The notes below the pieces were generated by a model, which saw nothing but the letters and a program-made list of their open reading frames with translations, did no database searches and was not told where the DNA came from. From a virus (lineage: Duplodnaviria > Heunggongvirae > Uroviricota > Caudoviricetes): 35,245 nt of DNA. The position numbers were made by a program, and so were the translations under genes. Below are positions 9,422-18,500 of the stretch, piece by piece (the first letter of the stretch is position 1; the number at the start of each line of letters is the position of its first letter). The stretch lies in IMG/VR virus record IMGVR_UViG_3300031998_000029, positions 79,666 to 114,910 of that record; one strand, written 5' to 3'.

Positions 9422-10030
9422 TTATTTCTGGTCAAACTTTCTTTTCTTAAAATTCTTGCATGTGTTGTTTTGAATTGCGTCCTGAATTTTGCCGGCCTTT
9501 GCATTTTTTAAAACAGAACAATTCCTGCTGAATCGAGTGCATCCGACGCATCTGGAGATAAATTCATCCATCTGAGGCGCGTTATCAAAAACGCCTATGT
9601 AATCCACGGGATGAATATTTAATTCTACTCGCGGATTGACTGTATCGTAATAAATTCCCTGCACTCGTTCGCACACAACATTGTCATCAAGCCAGATCAA
9701 TTGTGTGTCGGTAATAGCATCAAGCATTACTTTGAAATAGTTGTTTGCGTCGCGGTCTATCTTATCAAAGTAAAAAACGGCATCCACATAAAAATGCTGT
9801 GTTTTATTGGGTGTATAATCCCAGCCCTGTTTTTCGCACTCGGCCTTAACATATTTCGCAAACTCTTCTCGATATTTAACCGCCTCCGGTGTTTTGTAGG
9901 ACATCGCCATAGGCCGTCCGTTTTGTATAATCGCTCTGTAGCTCAGGTAATGATTTACAGACGGAGGAATCACGCTTGTCAAAATCAGTTCTATGTTTTC
10001 ACCCCATAACGAAGAAGAGGCCGCATCCAT
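9422..10030 (-). CDS. rusA: RusA-family Holliday junction resolvase-like protein with C-terminal Cys cluster
   Basis: PPSVNHY N-terminal motif, RDANNYFKVMLDAI...DD core, C-terminal CVGC-x6-C...C. True start probably downstream (ATA at 9994 after SD GGGGTG). Confidence 0.8.
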   Translation of the reverse strand: MDAASSSLWGENIELILTSVIPPSVNHYLSYRAIIQNGRPMAMSYKTPEAVKYREEFAKYVKAECEKQGWDYTPNKTQHFYVDAVFYFDKIDRDANNYFKVMLDAITDTQLIWLDDNVVCERVQGIYYDTVNPRVELNIHPVDYIGVFDNAPQMDEFISRCVGCTRFSRNCSVLKNAKAGKIQDAIQNNTCKNFKKRKFDQK

Positions 10031-10050
10031 GCAGATGCAGCCCGTTCAAA

Positions 10051-10347
10051 TTATTCGTCTTCTATGTCATCGTCCCATTCGGAATCGTCTGTATCGTCGT
10101 CCCAATCGTCAAAGTCGTCGTCTTCATAATCGGCATCGGCGAAAATGACTACCGGCTCTTCCGGAATATTGTCTTCTGCAACGGGTCTCGTAATTCCGCG
10201 AGACTCATTGATTCTTGCAAGATAGATGCTTCCGTGCTCAGGGCAGCATGCCACATCCTGATAACGGAAGATCGTGCTTTTACGCTCAGTCCTGCAGTAT
10301 GGATATTCTTTTCCGCAGACTTTGCATATTCTAATTCCTTTAGTCAT
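10051..10347 (-). CDS. Small Cys-rich (Zn-binding) protein with highly acidic C-terminal tail
   Basis: 98 aa, SD GGAGTG; CKVCG-x5-C...CCPEHG, then Asp-rich tail. Confidence 0.7.
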   Translation of the reverse strand: MTKGIRICKVCGKEYPYCRTERKSTIFRYQDVACCPEHGSIYLARINESRGITRPVAEDNIPEEPVVIFADADYEDDDFDDWDDDTDDSEWDDDIEDE

Positions 10348-10366
10348 ATTAACACTCCTTGATAAT

Positions 10367-10397
10367 ATATAGGCTCGGCGTAATGCCGAGCCTATAT
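10367..10397 (-). other. 13-bp stem hairpin after the major tail gene
   Basis: ATATAGGCTCGGC-GTAAT-GCCGAGCCTATAT; weak U-tract, so stabiliser or partial terminator. Confidence 0.6.
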
Positions 10398-10406
10398 TTA
10401 ATTAGC

Positions 10407-11444
10407 TTACGCGCTAACGGTAATCGCCTGAGTCGTGGTCTTGGTGATAGAACCTTCGGTATACTTAATAAGAATAGAAGTATTACTGGCGGCCAGAGAG
10501 CCGTTCGGGGTGTATGTATAGGAACCCGCATTCAGAGCCGCAGAGTCTCCGTTAGAATAATTGGCAGTTACAACCATTCCGGTGGGATCAAAGGTATCTC
10601 CTACGGTGTAAGAAGTTGTGGTAGGCGCGGTAGTAATTTCAATGCTGGACAGTAATCCGGCGTCGCTGTCTTCCGCGTTATCACCGAAGACGGTATAAGT
10701 CCACAGCAGTCCGGCTGCGCCGCAAGCGCCCGCGAGAGCCTCAGCCTCGAAAGAGTGAACGGTCTGATTGTCGCCCATCTCAAAGGTGAAGTTGCCGTTG
10801 AAGTCTGCCTTCGGAATGTAGATCTGCACACGATAGACGTTAGCGCACTTGTCTTCGCCGAACGCATCGACATAGAGAGCGCACTTGCCCGCGAATACGT
10901 CGCTGTCGTTTTCAAGAACGTCGGCAACGATCTTTCTCTTGTAGTAGACAACGATCTCTGTGTCGTCTTCTAAGCCGGAGAAGCCGAGGGTCTTGGTAGC
11001 GGGGTCGTAAGTGAATACGCCGTTGCTTGCGGTGTCGCCCTGAACGAGCTCAGCACCGAGAGTACCGTCGGTAGAATTTCTCAGGAAGAGACCGTCGATC
11101 TCAGCACCGGCGGTGCCGACAGCCTTCCACGCGGTAGTAGCTTCGCCGTTAAGAACGCTAAGATAATCAGTCCACATGACTTCGGTAGCCTTATTCTCAA
11201 AGGTGCCGCCAGTCTGCATCTCAAGCAGTCCGCCGGAAACAAGGCCGTTGGAGCCGCTGATGGTTACGGACTTATTGCGCTTAAGGTTTGCCAGTCTGCG
11301 TCCGCCCTTACCGGTAAGTTCGGTAACGTCTTCAGACTGCTCGATAGTCGCATTCTGAAGCTCATCGATAGTAAACTTATAGTTACCTGTAACGATATCA
11401 AAAGCGGTAATGGTTTCGAGACTGGTAATTACGATATCTTTCAT
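10407..11444 (-). CDS. Major tail (tube) protein with C-terminal bacterial Ig-like domain
   Basis: 345 aa, SD GGAGG; acidic beta-rich tube-like N-terminal ~260 aa; C-terminal SSIEITTAPTTTSYTVGDTFDPTGMVVTANYSNG matches the Big_3-type Ig pattern. Confidence 0.8.
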   Translation of the reverse strand: MKDIVITSLETITAFDIVTGNYKFTIDELQNATIEQSEDVTELTGKGGRRLANLKRNKSVTISGSNGLVSGGLLEMQTGGTFENKATEVMWTDYLSVLNGEATTAWKAVGTAGAEIDGLFLRNSTDGTLGAELVQGDTASNGVFTYDPATKTLGFSGLEDDTEIVVYYKRKIVADVLENDSDVFAGKCALYVDAFGEDKCANVYRVQIYIPKADFNGNFTFEMGDNQTVHSFEAEALAGACGAAGLLWTYTVFGDNAEDSDAGLLSSIEITTAPTTTSYTVGDTFDPTGMVVTANYSNGDSAALNAGSYTYTPNGSLAASNTSILIKYTEGSITKTTTQAITVSA

Positions 11445-11464
11445 ATACGCTTATCCTCCTTGTT

Positions 11465-12181
11465 TTATTTGTGGGTGAGCCAGTTAAGATCTTCCTGACT
11501 CAGCTCCTTCGCGTTAATGGTGCCTGAATAGACACCGTACATTCGATTGTCATAATCAATCTTTTTAATTATTTGTCTAACACTCTCATTAAATTGAAAA
11601 ATCGAGAGCTCCTTGGTGCTCTCGAAGTCATACTTATATTGTTCGGTGTTGACCATTGCAATTATGAGCGCTTCAAGTTGAGAGTCTTCTTTGCGGTTTT
11701 TGCTGTGCCGCATCTTGGCTCTTGCTCGCTCTAACATAAATTTCTTGGCTTCATTATTTGCCGGCTTGCGATTATTTTTTTCCAGGTGGTGGATCTTACG
11801 CAGGGTCGCGGCTATCTTGCCGTGGATCGCGCGGTCGATTATAATCTCTCCATTCTTATTGACCAGCGCCAGTTTGCCGTTTTGCTCGTTGACTGCCACT
11901 TCAAGATCTGATATGTCCAAATCTCCGAATATGAGGCTTGTGTCCTTTGATTTAAGAATCGGGAACAACAATAAAAAAAGCTCATAGTCGTTGATTGAAG
12001 TGAAGTCTATCTTGAGATCGTCAAGCTGTGCCATAAGGTCTATCGGCATTGCCGTCAAGAGAGAGACGAGCCCGTAATACGAATCTTCGTCTTCTATGAT
12101 TTGACCGACCGTCGGAACAATAATATGGATAGAGTCATTTATCGCAAACTGCTTTTTATAAAGCAGACTTAAAGTAGACAT
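11465..12181 (-). CDS. Phage hypothetical protein (neck/tail module)
   Basis: 238 aa, TAATG-coupled, between putative tail terminator and tail tube. Confidence 0.7.
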   Translation of the reverse strand: MSTLSLLYKKQFAINDSIHIIVPTVGQIIEDEDSYYGLVSLLTAMPIDLMAQLDDLKIDFTSINDYELFLLLFPILKSKDTSLIFGDLDISDLEVAVNEQNGKLALVNKNGEIIIDRAIHGKIAATLRKIHHLEKNNRKPANNEAKKFMLERARAKMRHSKNRKEDSQLEALIIAMVNTEQYKYDFESTKELSIFQFNESVRQIIKKIDYDNRMYGVYSGTINAKELSQEDLNWLTHK

Positions 12182-12678
12182 TAATTGTCTTTGCGGTTAG
12201 CAGGAACAGGTTTGGTGGGATCGAACTGTCTGTTGAATTCCTTAGCATGGAAAATCAACACCTTTCCTTGATAGTCCGTCTGCGGAGCAAATCTTTTTAC
12301 AGAGTAAAGATTCAGCTCGCCCAGCCCGTAATACCTGCTTCCGTTTATCGCTAATGCGATCTCTGAGCACAGCTTGTCTGTCCGGACACCACCTTCCGGA
12401 AGGCGAAGCTTGCTTTTATGTGTAAAAACCCACACATAAAGCGTGGGTAAAAGAAAGGTTTTATTCAGGGACTTGTCTATATCTACATCAACACAGATAT
12501 ACGTCTTGGCTTCCTGTATTGTTTCGGGAACGTATTCGAACGGGAATACTTGAGAATACACCAGACTTCTGGCGTCTTCAATTGAAACCGTATCGTTTAT
12601 AAGGTTTACGATTGTTTCGTTTGTAAGCAGATCCTGCATTAATCGATTTTTATAATCATAAAAGTCCTGAAGCTGCAT
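12181..12678 (-). CDS. Putative tail terminator / tail completion protein
   Basis: ATG at 12678 overlaps upstream TAA (TAATG) with SD GGAGGG; size and position typical of a terminator; function by synteny only. Confidence 0.55.
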   Translation of the reverse strand: MQLQDFYDYKNRLMQDLLTNETIVNLINDTVSIEDARSLVYSQVFPFEYVPETIQEAKTYICVDVDIDKSLNKTFLLPTLYVWVFTHKSKLRLPEGGVRTDKLCSEIALAINGSRYYGLGELNLYSVKRFAPQTDYQGKVLIFHAKEFNRQFDPTKPVPANRKDN

Positions 12679-13601
12679 TATAACCACCCTCCATTCCCGG
12701 TTTCCGTCGGCGTGTCGGGTGTAGCGCTCGTCCCGGGTTCATTCCCTGGTTCGTCAGATGTACCCGGCGTGTCGCCTGTTGCGGGATCATCAGATGTACC
12801 CGGCGTGTCGCCTGTTGCGGGATCATCAGATGCGCCGGATGTATCGCCGCTCCCGGTGTTTTCATTTTCGATTCTCGGAAAATACTTATAATAATCTGCT
12901 ATACAAAGTTCGTGATTGTCGTCGTCCGTAGAATTAACTTCCTGCAAAACAAATTTAAATGCTCCGTTGCCGTTAAACGACCACCCCAGCTTAAGGGGCT
13001 TGCTTAAAGAGTAGGAGAGCATCAAAGGAGATTCGGGATCGTCTATCAGGAACCGGTTCAATCTGTTAAATTTAACGGTATGCTCATTTTTTGCAATTGT
13101 CATAGCTATACGAGAGTCGCCCCTGGTTACGACAAAGTTTCTGTCTTCAAACTCACCGGTTAAGTATTTCGTACCATCTTCTATAATGCACCACTGCGTA
13201 AAGATACTTCCGTTTTCTATCCACTTGAGTAAATAGTTGCACTGAATCATCTTTGCACGGGTGTATACCGTGGTATTGGCGTCTCTTTCGGTCACAAGCC
13301 AGTAATTGTCCATCCAGTATACAAGCCCGCCGTGCTCTATATCTTCTCCGGGCATCGAGAATATAAACTTCTCGTCAAGATTGTCCGTATTGACAATTGC
13401 GACATCCCTAGCGTATTTCTCGTCATCTGTGTGACTTGTAATATTGAACCCATGATCCTTATCATAAAAGACCACATGTTGATAAGATAAGCTATCCGGA
13501 AGCTTGGTGTTAATAAACCGCACCTCGCGCTGTAGTGCGGCACCGCGCTTCGTCGTCCCATGAGCTTCTATCCTGTCCTGATATATATCCCACATTCCCA
13601 T
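12678..13601 (-). CDS. Putative head-closure / head-tail joining protein with low-complexity repeat tail
   Basis: 307 aa, TAATG-coupled, neck module position; C-terminal Asp/Pro/Gly/Thr repeats. Confidence 0.55.
   Translation of the reverse strand: MGMWDIYQDRIEAHGTTKRGAALQREVRFINTKLPDSLSYQHVVFYDKDHGFNITSHTDDEKYARDVAIVNTDNLDEKFIFSMPGEDIEHGGLVYWMDNYWLVTERDANTTVYTRAKMIQCNYLLKWIENGSIFTQWCIIEDGTKYLTGEFEDRNFVVTRGDSRIAMTIAKNEHTVKFNRLNRFLIDDPESPLMLSYSLSKPLKLGWSFNGNGAFKFVLQEVNSTDDDNHELCIADYYKYFPRIENENTGSGDTSGASDDPATGDTPGTSDDPATGDTPGTSDEPGNEPGTSATPDTPTETGNGGWL
12754..12832. repeat. 36-bp tandem repeat, 2 exact copies plus 7 nt
   Basis: TCAGATGTACCCGGCGTGTCGCCTGTTGCGGGATCA at 12754 and 12790; encodes (SDDPATGDTPGT)x2 on the minus strand. 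Confidence 0.95.
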
Positions 13602-13942
13602 TATTGCACCTCGTTCTCGGCGTATATAGCCTTTAACTTATTGCATATGCTGATTGCGCGAAATACTTCTCGTCTTACTTCTGCGGTCTCGCAATCGGGG
13701 TTATCAATCATATATTGCAGTATTGATAACAGAGCAAGATAGGACGCATTGGTGCCGAAGTCCGGCACGAACTCCTTATTTCCGAGAAGTTCTATCTGAA
13801 GGCTTCGAAGATATACAGGAAGGGTATGCCCTTCGTTCTCTCGTATCGGGAGAATCTTAAAGAACTGATTCACGAGAGATTTAAAATAGTTGCGGATAAG
13901 TTCCGCTCCGACCGGTGTTCCGGCTGCAGTATTGATAATCAT
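13601..13942 (-). CDS. Phage hypothetical protein (neck module)
   Basis: 113 aa, ATGA overlap with upstream gene, coupled to downstream gene. Confidence 0.7.
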   Translation of the reverse strand: MIINTAAGTPVGAELIRNYFKSLVNQFFKILPIRENEGHTLPVYLRSLQIELLGNKEFVPDFGTNASYLALLSILQYMIDNPDCETAEVRREVFRAISICNKLKAIYAENEVQ

Positions 13943-14388
13943 AAGTGCAAATCCGTCAGGTCTCCGTGATTATAACTGTATTCGCGGATCATTTGTGTAT
14001 AGTCTCTCTGCGCCTTTGCATAAGCGTTCCCGACCTGCTTAAGCAGTTCTGCAGGAGAATATGTAGTCCAGTCGCGGGAGTTCAAAGCATTCTCCAAGAG
14101 CTCCTGCTTGTAAATGTAAGGCTTGAGCCACTGCACTACCATTCCCTCTGAGACAATATCAACGATTTCATCAACATCCGTTTCAGGAATGCTGACGGTA
14201 AACTCGCGTTCTTCATCATCCGCGCTGCCGTATAAATTGTATTTGCAATTCTTTCTGAACGCACTGACGGCTCTTTTCAGATACCCGTCAATTACTGCCT
14301 CCCTGTTTTCGCTCTGAAGCTTGATAAACTCAAACTCTGTGATCTTTGATAAGAACGCGGAGGCAAACAGATCATAAGGAACGCTCAT
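13939..14388 (-). CDS. Putative head-tail adaptor protein
   Basis: 149 aa helical protein, SD GGAGG, two genes after the major capsid; function by synteny. Confidence 0.55.
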   Translation of the reverse strand: MSVPYDLFASAFLSKITEFEFIKLQSENREAVIDGYLKRAVSAFRKNCKYNLYGSADDEEREFTVSIPETDVDEIVDIVSEGMVVQWLKPYIYKQELLENALNSRDWTTYSPAELLKQVGNAYAKAQRDYTQMIREYSYNHGDLTDLHL

Positions 14389-14400
14389 TTTTCAGCCTCC

Positions 14401-14955
14401 TTACTTTTCGATAAGTTCAATACCCAGAGCCTCTTCCAATGCGGAAACCATCTTCATTGAGTCAATTTCTCCGCTGGAGATCAGCTCCGTAGCTCTGTAT
14501 GCAACAGATTTCTTCTGCCCCTTTGAAAGCCCTTTGATGATTTTCTTAACTTCTTCCGGAGACTTTTTGAAAATATCGTCAAACTTATCAATGCTGATTG
14601 CATTCTTGTAATACTGCTTTACACCCAGATAATCTACGATCCAGCTCTCGTCGAACATGAACCAATTGTTGATGAAGAATTTCTTGCGGGAGTTTTTGGC
14701 ATTGCGAAGCTCACGGAGCTGCATTTCCTGCTCCGATCCGAACGAGCTCCACACAAATTTCTCTCCGGTTCTGGGGCTCTTGTAAAGTAGTCTTCCCTGA
14801 AATCCGTTTCGAACTATAACATACTGTTCCGGATCTATATCTTTTGCGACAATCGGTTTCTCGACAGTCGACTCCGCCGCATATTCTTCAGTAACTGTAT
14901 TATCATTGGCGTCCGTTTTGGGTGCAGTATTCTTTGATCTATTGCTGTTAGCCAT
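14401..14955 (-). CDS. Phage hypothetical protein downstream of major capsid
   Basis: 184 aa, SD GAAAGGA, in-operon position. Confidence 0.7.
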   Translation of the reverse strand: MANSNRSKNTAPKTDANDNTVTEEYAAESTVEKPIVAKDIDPEQYVIVRNGFQGRLLYKSPRTGEKFVWSSFGSEQEMQLRELRNAKNSRKKFFINNWFMFDESWIVDYLGVKQYYKNAISIDKFDDIFKKSPEEVKKIIKGLSKGQKKSVAYRATELISSGEIDSMKMVSALEEALGIELIEK

Positions 14956-14980
14956 AATTCATTCCTTTCATTCATGCATT

Positions 14981-15007
14981 CCCGCGAGGTTTATAAGACC
15001 TCGCGGG
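14981..15007 (-). other. 10-bp stem hairpin after the major capsid gene
   Basis: CCCGCGAGGT-TTATAAG-ACCTCGCGGG; no U-tract on the minus strand. Confidence 0.6.
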
Positions 15008-15039
15008 CGCAGATTATATTCAATTTAGATTTGTGTTTA

Positions 15040-16062
15040 TTAGTCGTTGTCGATCTCGTAACGACCGATGCCAGCACCGCTGTTGCCGGCGAGTACAATA
15101 CCAACGCCGTACTTTTCAGCGTAGAAATACTCCTGGGTGAAGTCTGCGTTGGTCATAGGATCGCCCATGAGAACAAGCGGATCGCCCTCGCGGACAACCT
15201 TGATCGGCTTCTCGTCGCCGGCAATAATGGTAAGCATATTGTCGTCAAGCACAAACTCGGTGGAACCGATCTTGTGGCGCTGAGGAGTAACGATTACCGG
15301 AGTGCCGTAGAACTTGCCATAGTAACCGAGGTTGTAGAGATCTTCCTTAGCAGAGTCGCTCTGAATGGAAGATACGAGATTACGGACTGCCTTCTTGGTG
15401 CCGATGATAGTTGCGGTCTTTCCGCCGGCAGCAGCTTCAACATGTGCAATAAGGTCGAGAAGCTCGTCCTCGTCATAGCTGCCTGCCTCGGGGAAGTATG
15501 TAATTCCGCCGAAATCAGTTGCAGTAGCATTGCTCCAGAGAGCGTAGACGTCGTTCAGGATCTTCTGACGGAAGGACTCCGCTACCTTTCTGATGAACAC
15601 ATTGAAATCAACTCTGCCGGAGAGAACACGGTTAAGCTCTTCATAGATTCTTACAACCTTAAGGGAAGTAGGAACAGATGCTTCGCTGGAACCGCCGAGT
15701 CTCTGGCGACGAATGCCCTGTGTGCCGTCTGCGGCTTCCGCAACAACAAAGAGGTTATTGTCTTCGACGATGAAAAGATTCTGATCGCCGAGAGAGAGAT
15801 CTCGATATTCAACGATAGCCTGGAAATACTCGTCTCCCTGTAAGCCTTCGGCAACAGTCTTGTTCAGGATCTCTTCGATAAGGCGGAACAGACCCTTGCA
15901 ATTACCGTCGCGGATATCCTTATAATCTAAATATGTCTTGCCGTTATTAGCTTCGATAAGCGCCTGACGGACAACTTCCTGGGACTGAGGTACGGAATAC
16001 TTTGTTACGGTGCCCTTGTAACCGTCAACAGCAAGCTTGACAATATCGTTCATTTCAGCCAT
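15040..16062 (-). CDS. Major capsid protein
   Basis: 340 aa, very strong SD AAGAAGGAGG; follows protease and putative decoration gene; YGKFYGTPVI segment typical of HK97-fold capsids. Confidence 0.8.
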   Translation of the reverse strand: MAEMNDIVKLAVDGYKGTVTKYSVPQSQEVVRQALIEANNGKTYLDYKDIRDGNCKGLFRLIEEILNKTVAEGLQGDEYFQAIVEYRDLSLGDQNLFIVEDNNLFVVAEAADGTQGIRRQRLGGSSEASVPTSLKVVRIYEELNRVLSGRVDFNVFIRKVAESFRQKILNDVYALWSNATATDFGGITYFPEAGSYDEDELLDLIAHVEAAAGGKTATIIGTKKAVRNLVSSIQSDSAKEDLYNLGYYGKFYGTPVIVTPQRHKIGSTEFVLDDNMLTIIAGDEKPIKVVREGDPLVLMGDPMTNADFTQEYFYAEKYGVGIVLAGNSGAGIGRYEIDND

Positions 16063-16088
16063 TGTAATATCCTCCTTCTTTCTAAAAA

Positions 16089-16625
16089 TTACGCTACGAG
16101 AATCGCGTAGTACGTGTATCTGCCGACAACGTCAACAGCGATGATCTTGCCGACTACGGTGGAGCCGGAAGTGGGTTCGCCGGATCCCGCGACAATATTC
16201 AGCTTTGTGCCGGCGGCGAGTTCAACATAGTCGCCAACATCGGGAGCTGCAGCGCCGGTAAGCGCATCCTTTGTAACGGAGAAAATATCTCCCTTATGGA
16301 GACGGTAGCCACGGCAGGGCTTGCCGGCCTCATTGATAAACTCGTCCAGATTACGCTTGCGCTCGTCATACATAACTTCCGGAGAAGCAATAAGGACGAT
16401 ATCGGAAAGAGCGTCAGTGGCTGCGGGAGCGCTGCCTTCGAAAATCTCGCGCTCGCCTTCGATAAGATCTCCAACCTTGAGAACGTTGCCGTTCTCGATC
16501 TCGGTCTCGGTCTTTATGGTCGCATCGTCGTTGCCGACAGATGTGACAATATACTTAATAGAAACAAGACCTGCACGAACGTCGGTACCCCAGAGGTTGT
16601 CCGTGCGTACAACACCATATGCCAT
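16089..16625 (-). CDS. Putative capsid decoration / structural protein
   Basis: 178 aa Gly/Ala/Val-rich beta protein, SD GGAGG, between scaffold and capsid. Confidence 0.55.
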   Translation of the reverse strand: MAYGVVRTDNLWGTDVRAGLVSIKYIVTSVGNDDATIKTETEIENGNVLKVGDLIEGEREIFEGSAPAATDALSDIVLIASPEVMYDERKRNLDEFINEAGKPCRGYRLHKGDIFSVTKDALTGAAAPDVGDYVELAAGTKLNIVAGSGEPTSGSTVVGKIIAVDVVGRYTYYAILVA

Positions 16626-16646
16626 ATAAAATTCCTCCTATTAAAA

Positions 16647-16676
16647 TAATAAAAATCCACCGATACAGATCGGTGG
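16647..16676 (-). terminator. Probable intrinsic terminator after the protease gene
   Basis: CCACCGAT-ACAG-ATCGGTGG (16657-16676) followed on the minus strand by ATTTTTATTATTTT. Confidence 0.55.
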
Positions 16677-16707
16677 TTGTGTACTGCCGCATAAGGCAGT
16701 CGTGTGA

Positions 16708-18246
16708 TTAGTGCTTAATGCCGTATTCGACGAATACTCCGCCATACGGCTCGTCAGGCTCGTCTGTCTCCTTCGACACCTTCAGCTTCGGAGACTTATT
16801 TTCGTAAGAAAACTTAGCTCCCATACCGCTCCTTCCGCGAATGGCAAAGCATTTTTCTTCAAGATCTTCAGCGGTATATTCCATACAATGCTCGCGAAGG
16901 GTCTCAAACGCCTCTATGCCGTTTAAATCCGCAAACCGTGCGAGGACGGCTTCGTTGGCGCTCCTGGCAATTGCGGTTTCGGTGTCAGACTTAAACTGAC
17001 GAAGCTCACCAAGCTCTTCGTCCATAGACTTAATCGTGTCGGAGGCGTCCTGGTATTTCGCTTCCCACTCGGCATTGTCCAGAATCTTCTGCTGCATCTG
17101 ATCAAATACCTGCGCAAACGGAGAAAGCTGTTCTCCTTCGTCGAAGTCTTCAATCACGTATTTCTTACGCTTCTTGCTCTCGTAATCGATTGATATACTG
17201 TCTCCATCAACAGAATACGCAAAGCCGTAAAGCAGCCAGTCGTTTGCATCCCAGCAATACACTTCTCCCGCTTCGAGGTCACAGTCTACATACCAGTAGC
17301 GAGTGTATTCGCCCCAATCGGTCTGAACCTTTTCATTTTCGAGTACGCGGATCATTTCGCTGATAATATTGTTTGTGAGAGCAAAGCTGTCTTTTTCCTC
17401 ATTTTCTTCGACAGTCTCATCGACGTCTTCGTCGTTTGTCTTCATGGCTTCAAATCTCTCAGTTAACTCTTCTATCGTCAGATCTTCGATAGAGTAGTCA
17501 AGACTGTCAATATCGATGCCATACTTTGCGGCTAAATTCTTTTTCTCCTCCAATACCTTCTCTCCTCCTTCCGTTGAATATTTCTGTGAGTATGTATCGT
17601 AATCCCCAGACGGGGCGCTCACCGATCCGAAACTTTCCTTTAAGTCTTTTTTCATCTCAGCCATCTGTTCTGCGAAATCCTTCATTGAAAACACCTCAAG
17701 CGCAGAGCTTTCAAAACACGGCTCTACTCCTATTAAGGCAAACGCGGTAAACTCAAAATCGTTTATACAATATACTCCGTCCACCATTTCTCCATCTTTA
17801 ACAGTTATTTCCATGGAATGGGCGGTGATACCGTCTTGTTTGATTTTCCGATATGCCTCCTGGCGCTTCCAAAGCAGTGCTTCTGCAAAAAGATACTCGT
17901 GCTCAGTTCCGTCTTCTTCTACCACGGTGTCCCACCAATACTTTGCCGATTCGGGTATACATCCGACCGGAGTGGTTGCATTTATAATACGCAAAGCTCC
18001 TTCTGAGTCGCGCACAAGTTCCATGTCGTGCCCGCCGAGCGTATCCGTCTCCCTGTCGTAATTGCAGACAATGGGGCAATTGTACATGGTTTTTATACTC
18101 CGCTCAAAAGCAGGCTTGGATATAGAACTCTTGTTCCGGTTTTCTCCGGAGTAAGCAATCCTAAGCACGCCCGAGTCAAAAGAAGAGTTGATTTCGCACA
18201 AATTGGTTAGAGATGATGCGTACGTCATATTAAGAACTTTATTCAT
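16708..18246 (-). CDS. Prohead protease with C-terminal scaffold region
   Basis: 512 aa; N-terminal domain with LGGH and HSMEI (His/Ser) motifs, very acidic coiled-coil C-terminal half; between portal and capsid. Confidence 0.7.
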   Translation of the reverse strand: MNKVLNMTYASSLTNLCEINSSFDSGVLRIAYSGENRNKSSISKPAFERSIKTMYNCPIVCNYDRETDTLGGHDMELVRDSEGALRIINATTPVGCIPESAKYWWDTVVEEDGTEHEYLFAEALLWKRQEAYRKIKQDGITAHSMEITVKDGEMVDGVYCINDFEFTAFALIGVEPCFESSALEVFSMKDFAEQMAEMKKDLKESFGSVSAPSGDYDTYSQKYSTEGGEKVLEEKKNLAAKYGIDIDSLDYSIEDLTIEELTERFEAMKTNDEDVDETVEENEEKDSFALTNNIISEMIRVLENEKVQTDWGEYTRYWYVDCDLEAGEVYCWDANDWLLYGFAYSVDGDSISIDYESKKRKKYVIEDFDEGEQLSPFAQVFDQMQQKILDNAEWEAKYQDASDTIKSMDEELGELRQFKSDTETAIARSANEAVLARFADLNGIEAFETLREHCMEYTAEDLEEKCFAIRGRSGMGAKFSYENKSPKLKVSKETDEPDEPYGGVFVEYGIKH

Positions 18247-18261
18247 CTCAACCCCCTATAG

Positions 18262-18288
18262 AAAAAGCCCCGCAATTAATGCGAGGCA
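18262..18288 (-). terminator. Probable intrinsic terminator between portal block and protease
   Basis: GCCCCGCA-ATTAA-TGCGAGGC stem followed on the minus strand by TTTTT. Confidence 0.55.
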
Positions 18289-18300
18289 GGCAGTGATTTA

Positions 18301-18489
18301 TTAGAATGTCAGGACGTCCGAAAAAACAAGTGTTGTATTTGCAATTATATCAATTGAAAATTTGAAATCTGAACGATTTGCAAATATGAAAACCTGTTGT
18401 CTTTCATCAGATTTTATTAAATCAAATCCATAAGATAACAGTTTGTCTCTGTCGTCCGAACTAAAAACGTAAATAAACCTTTTATTCAT
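18301..18489 (-). CDS. Small phage hypothetical protein (62 aa)
   Basis: ATG at 18489 with SD GGAG, MNKRFIYVFSSDDRDKLLSYGFDLIK...; directly after portal. Confidence 0.65.
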   Translation of the reverse strand: MNKRFIYVFSSDDRDKLLSYGFDLIKSDERQQVFIFANRSDFKFSIDIIANTTLVFSDVLTF

Positions 18490-18500
18490 ATCCATCTCCA

